Source of the DNA: an uncultured bacterium
GTDB taxonomy: Bacteria; Patescibacteriota; Patescibacteriia; Patescibacteriales; UBA12465
Direction of reading: 5' to 3'
Assembly: GCA_903945435.1 (NCBI GenBank)
Contig: CAJAVM010000001.1
Coordinates: 9,071 to 73,070, forward strand
DNA length: 64,000 nt
Part shown: piece after piece, positions 44,737 through 54,089 of the stretch
How the letters are laid out: each line of letters starts with the position of its first letter
How positions within the stretch are numbered: position 1 is the first letter of the stretch
Notes under the pieces: model-generated
What the model was told of the DNA's origin: nothing
The model's input: only the letters and a program-made list of their open reading frames with translations
Databases searched by the model: none
Translations under genes and position numbers: made by a program

Positions 44737-45411
44737 CTATGAACCCCACTTAGTAATTCCTAAAGAGCTCCATACCCATCCAAAGGCCTGGCTAATAAAT
44801 GCCATCGGATTGGTAATAATTTGCAATAAAGCACCGATAATTACTAAAATTATAAAAATTATTAACAACAACACTAAATCCAAGGCTAATAACATCATGC
44901 TTTCTCCAATATTAGCACAGCCGTTCACCTTATCAACTTTATCACTTAAACTTTTACCCATTATCGATTCCCGAGCAGAATTACTGCCAGGCATAATACC
45001 CGACTCTAACCACTCCTCACCCAACTTACAAAATAAACTTTTTCCAATTACTATTCTTAAAAATACATGAATATTTATCCAAATGAGCGTTAATCCGAAA
45101 CTAGCAGGTAAGTTTATCCAAGATTCAGCTAATAATTTGCTCAAGGCTTTTCTGGTCGGAGCTTTGGCTTTTGCCTTCAATCCACCCTTTACACCCCCTT
45201 GTTCTTTCTTAGACTCTTCTCTTTTAGCCGCAATTACTGCTTCTCTTAAAGTTTGAGGTTCTTCTGATGAACCAGCTTGATTTCCAGATTGGCGCTTAGC
45301 CTCATTTAAAGCTCCGGCTTTATCGCTACTAGATTCAGAGGGGTTCATCAAACGACTATCAAACTGTTCGTCAAATCCAACACGAGAATTAGATGCATTA
45401 CTTTGAGCCAT
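44737..45411 (-). CDS. hypothetical membrane protein
   Basis: 224 aa: a disordered Ser/Lys-rich N-terminus followed by two or three hydrophobic segments (LTLIWINIHVFLRIVIG; LLALDLVLLLIIFIILVIIGALL). Confidence 0.5.
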   Translation of the reverse strand: MAQSNASNSRVGFDEQFDSRLMNPSESSSDKAGALNEAKRQSGNQAGSSEEPQTLREAVIAAKREESKKEQGGVKGGLKAKAKAPTRKALSKLLAESWINLPASFGLTLIWINIHVFLRIVIGKSLFCKLGEEWLESGIMPGSNSARESIMGKSLSDKVDKVNGCANIGESMMLLALDLVLLLIIFIILVIIGALLQIITNPMAFISQAFGWVWSSLGITKWGS

Positions 45412-45430
45412 ATTTTAATTAGTTCAACAA

Positions 45431-48400
45431 TCAATTAAAAGAACCCGTATTATCCCAATTATCCCAAACTTTAATCTTAATATTTGGAGTCCCATAGTTT
45501 TTATCATAATAATGATAAATTACATGAGGGTTACCAGTATATGGTCTGTGATCCTGACCAGTAATAGCCTGCCTATTTCCGTCTCCCCATTCAATATAAA
45601 TCATTCGGAGTGGTTGTTGTTCCGGATTAACAATAGTATTAAATTCTAAGCTATAAACACCGCTATGATCAACCTTCATGCCAGAACCAATATTAGTATC
45701 AACGCCATTATATTTAAGTTTGACGTTTGCCCCTGGTATAGATGGTTCAGCTACTGTAGCGGTTTTACTCCAATTACCAGTCGAATCAGGAATATAGGAA
45801 CCATCGGAATATTTAAAGGACCCGTAAGATTGTAAGAAAATAGTACTTAACACATTCGAAGCTACTAAAGTCTCACTATTGGCCCAAATCGGCCGACAGA
45901 TACCAAATCCACCGTCAGAACAACTCTTTCTATTAATATACTCTCCATCATTATTACCAGTAGAATAAGTAACTGCGCCATTAGTTGCTACGCTATAATT
46001 ATTAGGCATGAAAACACACATGACATTAGGATTATCGCTACAATAACCAATATTCATACAAGCAGTACCAGAACAATCATAAGGACGACCGCTAAAAATA
46101 GTTTGTTTATCTTTCAAATAATATTGATTTTGCAAAAAAATTGGACCACTATTTAAAATATCATATGTTTCAGGAATAGTGGCTGATCCGAACGGAACCC
46201 CATTACGTTGACGACCATAGAATTGTAAACCAACCGAAGGACTGGCTAAGTTAAAGAAATCTGGAGTCGTAACTGCCCAACGTGGATCTGCGGTAATACC
46301 AGTTCTAACTACCCAGGCCTTATTTATTCCACTACTAGAAACGACTTGAGCAAAGTTATTACAAGTAAAATTAAATACTTTATCTCTATCACCAATATTA
46401 GCAGCTAAATATTGCAACCCTTGCTCATCAACCGCTGGATGATTATTATCGAAGATTCTAATCGGTGGTTCGGCATTAGTCGCTTCGTCAACTGGCTTAC
46501 ATTGGCCAGCGGCATCATCGCTACATTCGCTATTAGGGCCGGCGACAAATAATTTACCTCCGTTACCTGCCTGGAACCAAGCTGACTTATAGAACTTAAC
46601 TTCTTCGCAATTATTAGGTTTACTATCCAAAGACGCTGCAAAAGGAAGGCCAACAGCCGCTGTAGTTAAAGGTCCAACTCCAAACAAGAAGAATGGTGAG
46701 CGCTCATTAGGTACGCAATAAATAAATTCATTGTTCCAACTTATTTTAGAATTAACATGGATTGCTTTATAGTTAACTGAGTCTCCACAATACGTAAGAG
46801 CATAGGAGGAAGCCATTTCTCCGCACCAATCCCAATTAAGATAAACGGGGTTCCCTGAACTATCTGTTCCCGTTTGGCCCACTATACCGCCAGCCCCCGC
46901 AACGTTAACGCAGTCAGGACTATATGGATACATTGGATCAGTACCATTAGGATTTGTAGTACACTTCACATTATTTCCACCAGTAACATAATAACTATCA
47001 TCTTTATCCTGAGTATTGAATACTAAGTTTGTAATAATCTTTTTAGCAAATTTAACATTAGCATTAACTCCAGTACAATAACTCAAACCAGTTGGACCGT
47101 TATAGCCCAAACTTTGACTACCAAGGACGGAAGAACTAACTCTATCAACTGGGTACCAAACAGTACAAACCGATGGATTATTTTTATCATGCTCTAAACA
47201 ATAACCTTCTAAACCATCTTTAATAACATTCTTACTTTGGTTCTTACAACTTAAACTACTATTAGTCGGGTATAAACGACATTCACGAGCGGCATACCTA
47301 TCAACTCCGACCTGAAGAACTGGCTCAATATTAATATCATCAAAATAAGCCTCTCCTTCAGCCGAGCCTTCACCCGAACCAGAACGTAGGTAAATTCTAA
47401 TTTGAGGATTGGTGTCACCAGCTGTAAATTTATGTATTTGTCTTGACCAACCACTAGCACTAGAAGCAGTAAATACTGTATCTATCGGCGAATCTTTAAC
47501 ATCAATAATCACTTGAGCTTGAGAACCAGAATTTTTTGTATTTAATAAATAGTTAATATAATAGTCCTGCTTAGCGGATAGATTAATCCAACCACCTTCT
47601 GGTTGAGGAGAAACACTATAAGCCGCTGGGACTTTAACATAACTCTTACCAGAAACTGGGTAGTCCGGTCCATTATCTTTTGGTTCTCTAACAATTAGCT
47701 GTTTAGCAATATTTGTAAAACTACAATCTCCGCCAGCAATGCCAGCAATTCTAGCAATTCTAGCACAAGATAGAGATGGGATTAGTTCTTCGAAGTCATA
47801 ATGAGCCTCGCTATTTAATCCAACCTCTTTCATATTACTAATATTATACTTATTCCAGAAAGAGTAGCCAGTTGCATTCTCAGGTTTTTCAATATTAGTT
47901 GAAGTTACCGAAACAAAGTTATTGCATTCGCCTCTATCATTTAAGCTATTACATTGCTTCATTGAATAGCAAATTTCTGCGCCAGTCTCATCCTTAGAAT
48001 AAGTTGAACAGTCAAGCCAACCAGAACAAACTCGATTTGGTCTAACTTTTATTAATTTATTAGCAGCACAAGAGCCAGTCTGGCTTGAGTTACATTTAAC
48101 TGGTGAAGTTTTAGCAATGCTAGCATAAGGATCAAAGAATCCCGTTAAATTAACTAATCCACTAGCGCCAGCAATAACTCTTTCATTAAATAATACGCAG
48201 CCATTATCAAAATTTACCAAACCGTTGCAGCTTGTTTTATCAATAGTTCCCGCTAATTGATACCCGATTGCCAATTCCCTAACTTCCGCTGAACCAGAAA
48301 GAGTTGCGGTTGAATTATTGAAAGAATTAAAGATTGCAGTTTTTATTGTTCCTCCAATACTAATAATTTTAGTCGAAGTTCCTAAAGTATTATTGATTAA

Positions 48401-51400
48401 TAAAGGCTTAACATCATTTGTAAGAGTTAGCGAAGCATCAGGAACGTTAGCAAGAGAAGTTGATGTAGCAGATAATAAATAAAGTTTATTCTTCTGTAAG
48501 GCGACGACTGCTGTTCCTAGAACTGATAAGTTTGGATTAAACTGACTCACTGGATCAATATATTCACTACAACCAGAGGCCTTAATATCACATAAACCAG
48601 CTTCTTTAGTAGGAACTGGAATCTGATTTCCAGCACCACCCAAACCAATAGTTTTAAAATAAGAAACATCGCAAGGATAATCTCCATTATCTATAATACA
48701 AGGCTTACCCGCACAATCATCAACGCTAGAGCAAGCAGCATAATTTTTTTCTGCACCATCAATCTTACCGCTTGAATTAGTATCGCAACGTTTAACCGCT
48801 GCTCGATACCAACCTTTTTGATCAGATCTTTGATCTTGAGGAATACGATAAGTACAAATATTATCACCTGGATCACGGAAATAACTTAACCCGCCGTCAT
48901 CGCTATTTTTCCATTCTTCACAACCCAAACCAGACGAATCACACATAGTGCTACCGTAAAGATTAGGATTGTTTATTTTAAATGTATCCGACCAGAAAGT
49001 TTTACCAGCAGTAATTTTCGCCTGACCTAACATACTACAACCTAAATCTTTTTGGTTACAGCTCTTTTTTGCATCATAAACAATATATAAAGCGCTATCA
49101 GCTGAAACTTTTACGCAATCAGGTTCAGTAGCATCACATTGTTTATTTCCATCCTTATCGCCCCATAAGCCGGCACCATAAGGGACATAATTTTGAGTAC
49201 TAACTACTTGCTCACAACCAATTGAGGACTGATCACAGATATTAGAGAATGTATGCAAGTTATGATTAACTCCTGCTTTATCAGAATAAGCGGCACAACC
49301 GAGATTATAATCTTCACCCTGATAATTATCTAGATTATCATAGTAACAGACTGGAGGGATTTTGCTTGATGACCTTATTAGATAGAATCGATCGGTGATT
49401 TCAGTAAGAATAAAATTATCAAGATGGAAATCATTATTAGCAGTAATTACTAAAGTCTCATTAAGAGAAATAGCGTGATTCAAGTTTTCTAAATTAGCTG
49501 AATATAATTGCCAATTTCCACCACCAGAAACTTTAATAGGATTACCAGAATTAAATTCTGCTTTTTCTTTTGTATCCGGATTATAAATATAAATTTTCAA
49601 ATCAGTGCCAGCAGGAGAACTTGCTAAAAACTTTATGCTATATGCTTTTCCTTGTCGAACAGTTCCACTAACCTTCAATTGAGCCGCCTGATTATCGCCA
49701 GCCATGATTTGCTTAATTAGTGGCATTCTAGTCGCTAAAGTTTGTACGTTACTACCAATCTCTGAACAAGAACTAGCACTACTATTATAATATAAGGAGT
49801 GACCTCCTTTATTACTAGAAATTGTATCTAACTTAATTCCATTACTACAATTAGAAGCCCAAGCAGTAGAAGCAGATTCAAAATCATAAGAAGCAGCTAA
49901 ACGGATATTATTACCCTCGTTACCATTATATTCACGACAACCGGTTTCACTAGCGCTGCATTTCTTACCTTCTCCCGGAATGCCCTGATAAACACAAGCT
50001 TTATGAGTGCTATTCCATACACCGCCATTTACACAAGAGATGCAGGCCCCTTCGCTATTATCCCAGCTCTTATTTGTACCCGAACACTGTGCTTTAGTTA
50101 AGCGTCTATCATAATTTTTTTCAGTTATACGATAGGCTCGACAAGAATCCGAACAAGTAATAACACTAGAATTTAAATGATAGAAAATTTCTCCAGTTGA
50201 AGTATAGAACTGCTGACAATTTGGATTATATACTGGACTATTTACTGGGGCATTAAAAATAGTTTCGTTACAAGAAGCACTATCATCAATAATTGAAACT
50301 GGGGCGTTATTAATATCTTTTTGTAAACTATACAAACGAAGTTGATAACCAGTTCCCGTCCCCTCCCAAGTATAGAAACCGCCGCAAGTTGCTTGGCTAG
50401 GTTTAACACATTGCTTTAAAGCAGAATAATATTCTTTATTCTCACCACCAGCAGTTAAGTCATCTAAATTTGTAAATTCATTACAGCCAACCGATTCAGC
50501 ATTACAAGCCTCAGCAGTTTTTGGAATAATATTATCTGCTTGAGCAGAGTTGAAATAAGTTTCGCGTGCAATATAAACATCGTAACCTACACATTCAGAA
50601 GGACAATAATCCATGCTATCAACTTTGGCGGGCACAGAGAAATTACTATTTGCTGATTTGAATAAATCACAACCAACTTCTGATTGACTACATTTTCTAG
50701 CATAATTGGAACATTTTGCTGGAGCATTATCTTTTAGGCGATATCCAACTCCACTACCATCATTTGTATAACAAGCACTTTCTAAATATTGAGGTAATAA
50801 TTTTTGATAAACCTTAGAAGAACCGTAAGAACTGTAACCAGTATCATAATTACTCATCTCGAACTTTATATTTTTTACATAAGCAGTTACAGAAGATGAG
50901 CCATAAACAGTAATCGAAAAATTTGGTTGACTAAAATCGTCACCCGCTTTCCTGACTAAGCTTATGTGCTGCCATTGACCAGTAGTGCTATTGCTATAGA
51001 CCTCGCTACCGATAGATAAGCGTGAACCACTACCAGATGAAACAAAAACATCAGCACTTAAAGTATAAGCTTGTCCAGGAACTAATTCTAAATTATTAGG
51101 TAACAAGGAGCCATTAATAATTTCTGAATTAGAATTAACAGAAACATTTAACGTTCCCGCTATCTTCAATGCTTTACCTGTATTTCCTCCTGGTTCAACA
51201 GAAGAATCGACAATGTCAGCTTTTGAAGCAGTAATCGGCCAGTCATTTAGAAAATTAGTTGTTGACGAAGCACCAATACTATCATTTATAAAATCTGAAT
51301 TCATTATTAAATTAGCGCCCCAAGTTGGCTTAATACGCATAAATTCTGAACAGCCTTCATCTTTAGCAGAACACTCACTAGCATTTTTATTAAGATAAAC

Positions 51401-53425
51401 GTCAGTTGATGCATTCCAGATAGTCATCCCCTTAAGAGTATCGTATGTTCCCGCATAAGAATATCGCTTGCATCCAGCATTTTCAGAATTACATACACCA
51501 TAATCTAGGGTATTTTCTAAATAAGCGATTTTTTTACCAGATACAGCACTAACAAAAGCCTGGCAAGTATTATCTATCGGCGCACAAGTATCACCATCAA
51601 AGCTCCAAGTTCTCTTTTCTTCATTACAATATCCATAAGCTTCACAACCGCCATCATTATTTTCTTTAATACAGGTTTGATTATCGGCACAATAATTATC
51701 AGCCCTCACAATACTAATTTCAGCCGGAATATATGGATTATCGCCAACAGCTAACTGAGCTGGGGTAACATTTTTATTAACAATTTGAGCGCTAAAACCT
51801 TCTTTTTTACAATAATTAACCGGCGCTTTTAAGACCCAATTTGGGTCAACTAATCCAGTACACCAACCTTGATCTTGAGCATCAAATTCAGAACTAAACT
51901 TAGTATATTCATCATAAGGATCGAAACAAGAAACTAAATCAGATATAGTAGATTTTTTAATTATTCCCTTGCCTTGAAAAGCTTTTATTTTTTCAAATAC
52001 CAATTCCCAACTAGCAGGAACTATTCTATAAGTACGTAAAATAGAAATATTTCTATAAGAATAGCTACTTTCGTAAGAACCAGTCTGACTATCTAATGTA
52101 AAACGCCAATCTCCATGTAAAGAACCATCTTTAAGTGCTTCAGCTACAGTTTTCTGCTCTGAAATACCCTGCATGAATTTGCTATCAATTACACAATTGG
52201 TTGGTCCAGGGTTATTTTTATCAGGACACATCGCTAACTCAGAAAGAACATCATAAACTGAACCAGCACCAAAATTTGGCTGAATTAACTTAGTAGTTAT
52301 ATCTTTTAAAAGAGTTTCCCCGCCGCCAGTATTTGGGTCTTGTTCAATACCATTAGAAACGCTAGCTGTACTAGCACTTTTCTGACCAATACTCTGAATT
52401 AATTTATTAAAAGCAGTAACTGATAACTGACTTAAAAATAAATTAGCCGCATCAACAAAAGCATCGCCAGTATATTTACCGAAGTTGCTAGAATATTGAT
52501 CATATGCACCGCTAATTTGCAGTTCAGCTTGATTAGGAAGTGAAATCGGCTTATCATCGATAGTTAACGGATCCAACCAGCCGCCCTTACCTAATAATTT
52601 TGTCTTCGCAACTGTTTCTCCTTCAATTTGCTTAGTCGACATATCAGTGCTTGCGGACCAATATATTCCCAGCTCGCTAGAGGTAGGGTCAAAGACATCA
52701 GCAATTTTATTTAAAAATTGAGGATCTTTAAAATCGGTATACTTTTGAGCGGCATCACCCCAATTTTGAATCATTTTTGTAGCCGTACAAGCTGGAGCTT
52801 GGGGCTGGTTAGATTGAGATAGCCCTAAACCAATTTTTACCTTTGCCTCTAAAGAGGCTGGCTGACAAAAATTAAAAGTTAAACCAGTCCCAGCAGTTGA
52901 GGCTTTAACGTTACAGGCAGCTGCCTTTGTCTCACATTTTGAATCACAATCATAATCGCCATTACAATTATTAAAACAAGTGTCGGCCTCTCTCTCACAT
53001 TGTTCGGGAGAATTACTATTTGTTAAATTATTAGAAAAATTTTCTAAAAAAGAACCAGCCGCCTCATCACCCACTTGAGCCATATAAGCTCCCCAGTCCT
53101 GAGTTACAAAAAGAGGCTTTTGACCTTCGCCGCCAGAACCAACCCAATTAGCGGAATCATAAGCGATTTTATTTAAGGCGGTTCGCAGAGTTTGTTGGAA
53201 AGCCAATGAACCACCCTTCTGCCAAAGCTTTTTTGCAACTTCAGTCACCTTATCCCAAACTAATTTAGGAATATCAGTAACCGCCATCTGAGCTTTTGCT
53301 GGTTTGAGTGGTGCAAATAGGGCAGAAGACATTAAAATAAAAAATAGCAAAAAAATTGCAATCTTTTTGCCTAAAGTCTGACGCTTCTTCTTTTGGGAGA
53401 AAGAAGGCTCCATGTTATTATTCAT
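45431..53425 (-). CDS. giant (2664-aa) secreted/anchored Cys-rich surface protein with three lectin/CBM-like beta-sandwich modules and a C-terminal PKD-like domain
   Basis: Uninterrupted 7995-nt ORF with an N-terminal hydrophobic anchor/signal IAIFLLFFILMSSALFAPLKPAKAQ. C-x5-G-C-x2-aromatic repeats recur through the protein. Three modules end in KNIKFE, LDNFILTE and YFDDINIEP (approx. DNA 50860-51325, 49391-49900, 47320-47815). The C-terminus IEWGDGN...HVIYHYYDKNYGTPNIKIKVWDNWDNTGS is PKD-like. Confidence 0.85.
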   Translation of the reverse strand: MNNNMEPSFSQKKKRQTLGKKIAIFLLFFILMSSALFAPLKPAKAQMAVTDIPKLVWDKVTEVAKKLWQKGGSLAFQQTLRTALNKIAYDSANWVGSGGEGQKPLFVTQDWGAYMAQVGDEAAGSFLENFSNNLTNSNSPEQCEREADTCFNNCNGDYDCDSKCETKAAACNVKASTAGTGLTFNFCQPASLEAKVKIGLGLSQSNQPQAPACTATKMIQNWGDAAQKYTDFKDPQFLNKIADVFDPTSSELGIYWSASTDMSTKQIEGETVAKTKLLGKGGWLDPLTIDDKPISLPNQAELQISGAYDQYSSNFGKYTGDAFVDAANLFLSQLSVTAFNKLIQSIGQKSASTASVSNGIEQDPNTGGGETLLKDITTKLIQPNFGAGSVYDVLSELAMCPDKNNPGPTNCVIDSKFMQGISEQKTVAEALKDGSLHGDWRFTLDSQTGSYESSYSYRNISILRTYRIVPASWELVFEKIKAFQGKGIIKKSTISDLVSCFDPYDEYTKFSSEFDAQDQGWCTGLVDPNWVLKAPVNYCKKEGFSAQIVNKNVTPAQLAVGDNPYIPAEISIVRADNYCADNQTCIKENNDGGCEAYGYCNEEKRTWSFDGDTCAPIDNTCQAFVSAVSGKKIAYLENTLDYGVCNSENAGCKRYSYAGTYDTLKGMTIWNASTDVYLNKNASECSAKDEGCSEFMRIKPTWGANLIMNSDFINDSIGASSTTNFLNDWPITASKADIVDSSVEPGGNTGKALKIAGTLNVSVNSNSEIINGSLLPNNLELVPGQAYTLSADVFVSSGSGSRLSIGSEVYSNSTTGQWQHISLVRKAGDDFSQPNFSITVYGSSSVTAYVKNIKFEMSNYDTGYSSYGSSKVYQKLLPQYLESACYTNDGSGVGYRLKDNAPAKCSNYARKCSQSEVGCDLFKSANSNFSVPAKVDSMDYCPSECVGYDVYIARETYFNSAQADNIIPKTAEACNAESVGCNEFTNLDDLTAGGENKEYYSALKQCVKPSQATCGGFYTWEGTGTGYQLRLYSLQKDINNAPVSIIDDSASCNETIFNAPVNSPVYNPNCQQFYTSTGEIFYHLNSSVITCSDSCRAYRITEKNYDRRLTKAQCSGTNKSWDNSEGACISCVNGGVWNSTHKACVYQGIPGEGKKCSASETGCREYNGNEGNNIRLAASYDFESASTAWASNCSNGIKLDTISSNKGGHSLYYNSSASSCSEIGSNVQTLATRMPLIKQIMAGDNQAAQLKVSGTVRQGKAYSIKFLASSPAGTDLKIYIYNPDTKEKAEFNSGNPIKVSGGGNWQLYSANLENLNHAISLNETLVITANNDFHLDNFILTEITDRFYLIRSSSKIPPVCYYDNLDNYQGEDYNLGCAAYSDKAGVNHNLHTFSNICDQSSIGCEQVVSTQNYVPYGAGLWGDKDGNKQCDATEPDCVKVSADSALYIVYDAKKSCNQKDLGCSMLGQAKITAGKTFWSDTFKINNPNLYGSTMCDSSGLGCEEWKNSDDGGLSYFRDPGDNICTYRIPQDQRSDQKGWYRAAVKRCDTNSSGKIDGAEKNYAACSSVDDCAGKPCIIDNGDYPCDVSYFKTIGLGGAGNQIPVPTKEAGLCDIKASGCSEYIDPVSQFNPNLSVLGTAVVALQKNKLYLLSATSTSLANVPDASLTLTNDVKPLLINNTLGTSTKIISIGGTIKTAIFNSFNNSTATLSGSAEVRELAIGYQLAGTIDKTSCNGLVNFDNGCVLFNERVIAGASGLVNLTGFFDPYASIAKTSPVKCNSSQTGSCAANKLIKVRPNRVCSGWLDCSTYSKDETGAEICYSMKQCNSLNDRGECNNFVSVTSTNIEKPENATGYSFWNKYNISNMKEVGLNSEAHYDFEELIPSLSCARIARIAGIAGGDCSFTNIAKQLIVREPKDNGPDYPVSGKSYVKVPAAYSVSPQPEGGWINLSAKQDYYINYLLNTKNSGSQAQVIIDVKDSPIDTVFTASSASGWSRQIHKFTAGDTNPQIRIYLRSGSGEGSAEGEAYFDDINIEPVLQVGVDRYAARECRLYPTNSSLSCKNQSKNVIKDGLEGYCLEHDKNNPSVCTVWYPVDRVSSSVLGSQSLGYNGPTGLSYCTGVNANVKFAKKIITNLVFNTQDKDDSYYVTGGNNVKCTTNPNGTDPMYPYSPDCVNVAGAGGIVGQTGTDSSGNPVYLNWDWCGEMASSYALTYCGDSVNYKAIHVNSKISWNNEFIYCVPNERSPFFLFGVGPLTTAAVGLPFAASLDSKPNNCEEVKFYKSAWFQAGNGGKLFVAGPNSECSDDAAGQCKPVDEATNAEPPIRIFDNNHPAVDEQGLQYLAANIGDRDKVFNFTCNNFAQVVSSSGINKAWVVRTGITADPRWAVTTPDFFNLASPSVGLQFYGRQRNGVPFGSATIPETYDILNSGPIFLQNQYYLKDKQTIFSGRPYDCSGTACMNIGYCSDNPNVMCVFMPNNYSVATNGAVTYSTGNNDGEYINRKSCSDGGFGICRPIWANSETLVASNVLSTIFLQSYGSFKYSDGSYIPDSTGNWSKTATVAEPSIPGANVKLKYNGVDTNIGSGMKVDHSGVYSLEFNTIVNPEQQPLRMIYIEWGDGNRQAITGQDHRPYTGNPHVIYHYYDKNYGTPNIKIKVWDNWDNTGSFN

Positions 53426-54059
53426 TTTGTTTATTTAAAACTTCCTGATAGCTTTTAAGAAGATCCTCATCACTTATCTGATCCAACATTTCTTTGCTAG
53501 CGCCACCATCTATAAGTAATTTTCTTAAAGTTACAGCATCAACCTGTCCGGCGAGAGCATTCTTTAATTCCGTTTCATTAGTTCCGCTTGCAATATTTAT
53601 TTCGCCCATACTCGTCACTCCGTCTACTAAATCACTTGGAGTACTTGAATTATTTTTAGTCGCAAAATTTTGTTCTCCGTTACAAGTTTGACCAATTGGA
53701 CAGCTGGGGTCAGTTCCATTTTTTATTTCATCACCATCCCAAACACCATCACTATCCGTATCTTCATTATAAAGTGAAGTCTTATAAATACTTAACTCGT
53801 CATTATCAGAAAGACCGTCCTTATCAGTATCTAAGGTTGAGAAATCAAGTGCTAATTCCGGAGTAGTCGTGGAAACTCCATTAAACTGAAGTGGGTTTGT
53901 AATTCTAGCTCTAAATTGAAGAACGCCAAAAAATATTATCGCAACTCCGACAACAGATAAAGAAATTACCGCAATTTTTTGCGGCTGAGGCATATTTTTA
54001 AAACCGTATTCTGAAGAATTATTATCAAGATTATTATCTAACGGCATAAATGAAATCAA
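53418..54059 (-). CDS. membrane-anchored protein with thrombospondin type-3-like calcium-binding repeats
   Basis: 213 aa. N-terminal TM IAVISLSVVGVAIIFFGVL, then DTDKDGLSDNDE and DTDSDGVWDGDE (D-x-D-x-D-G-x-x-D TSP3 pattern). Its stop overlaps the giant gene's start by 8 nt. Confidence 0.7.
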   Translation of the reverse strand: MISFMPLDNNLDNNSSEYGFKNMPQPQKIAVISLSVVGVAIIFFGVLQFRARITNPLQFNGVSTTTPELALDFSTLDTDKDGLSDNDELSIYKTSLYNEDTDSDGVWDGDEIKNGTDPSCPIGQTCNGEQNFATKNNSSTPSDLVDGVTSMGEINIASGTNETELKNALAGQVDAVTLRKLLIDGGASKEMLDQISDEDLLKSYQEVLNKQNE

Positions 54060-54089
54060 ATCGTTTTTATAACGATAAAGTTGATTTTA

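Noticed and set aside
42615-44753. Series of plus-strand ORFs (42615-42857, 42924-43178, 43100-43525, 43449-43721, 44565-44753) and minus-strand ORF 43956-44147.
   Set aside because: All overlap the uninterrupted 875-aa minus-strand gene. They are Ser/Leu/Phe-rich antisense or off-frame translations.
47733-47768. Imperfect 9-bp tandem (ccagcaatg/ccagcaatt/ctagcaatt/ctagcacaa) encoding ARIARIAGIAG inside the giant gene.
   Set aside because: There are only about four degenerate units, in frame and with no length-variation evidence. It is most simply a local duplication, not a CRISPR, VNTR or regulatory repeat.
45431-53425. Giant protein as a diversity-generating retroelement (DGR) target.
   Set aside because: No reverse transcriptase ORF, template repeat or Avd-like gene is visible anywhere in the window, and the C-terminus looks PKD-like rather than C-type-lectin-like. 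This cannot be supported from the present sequence.
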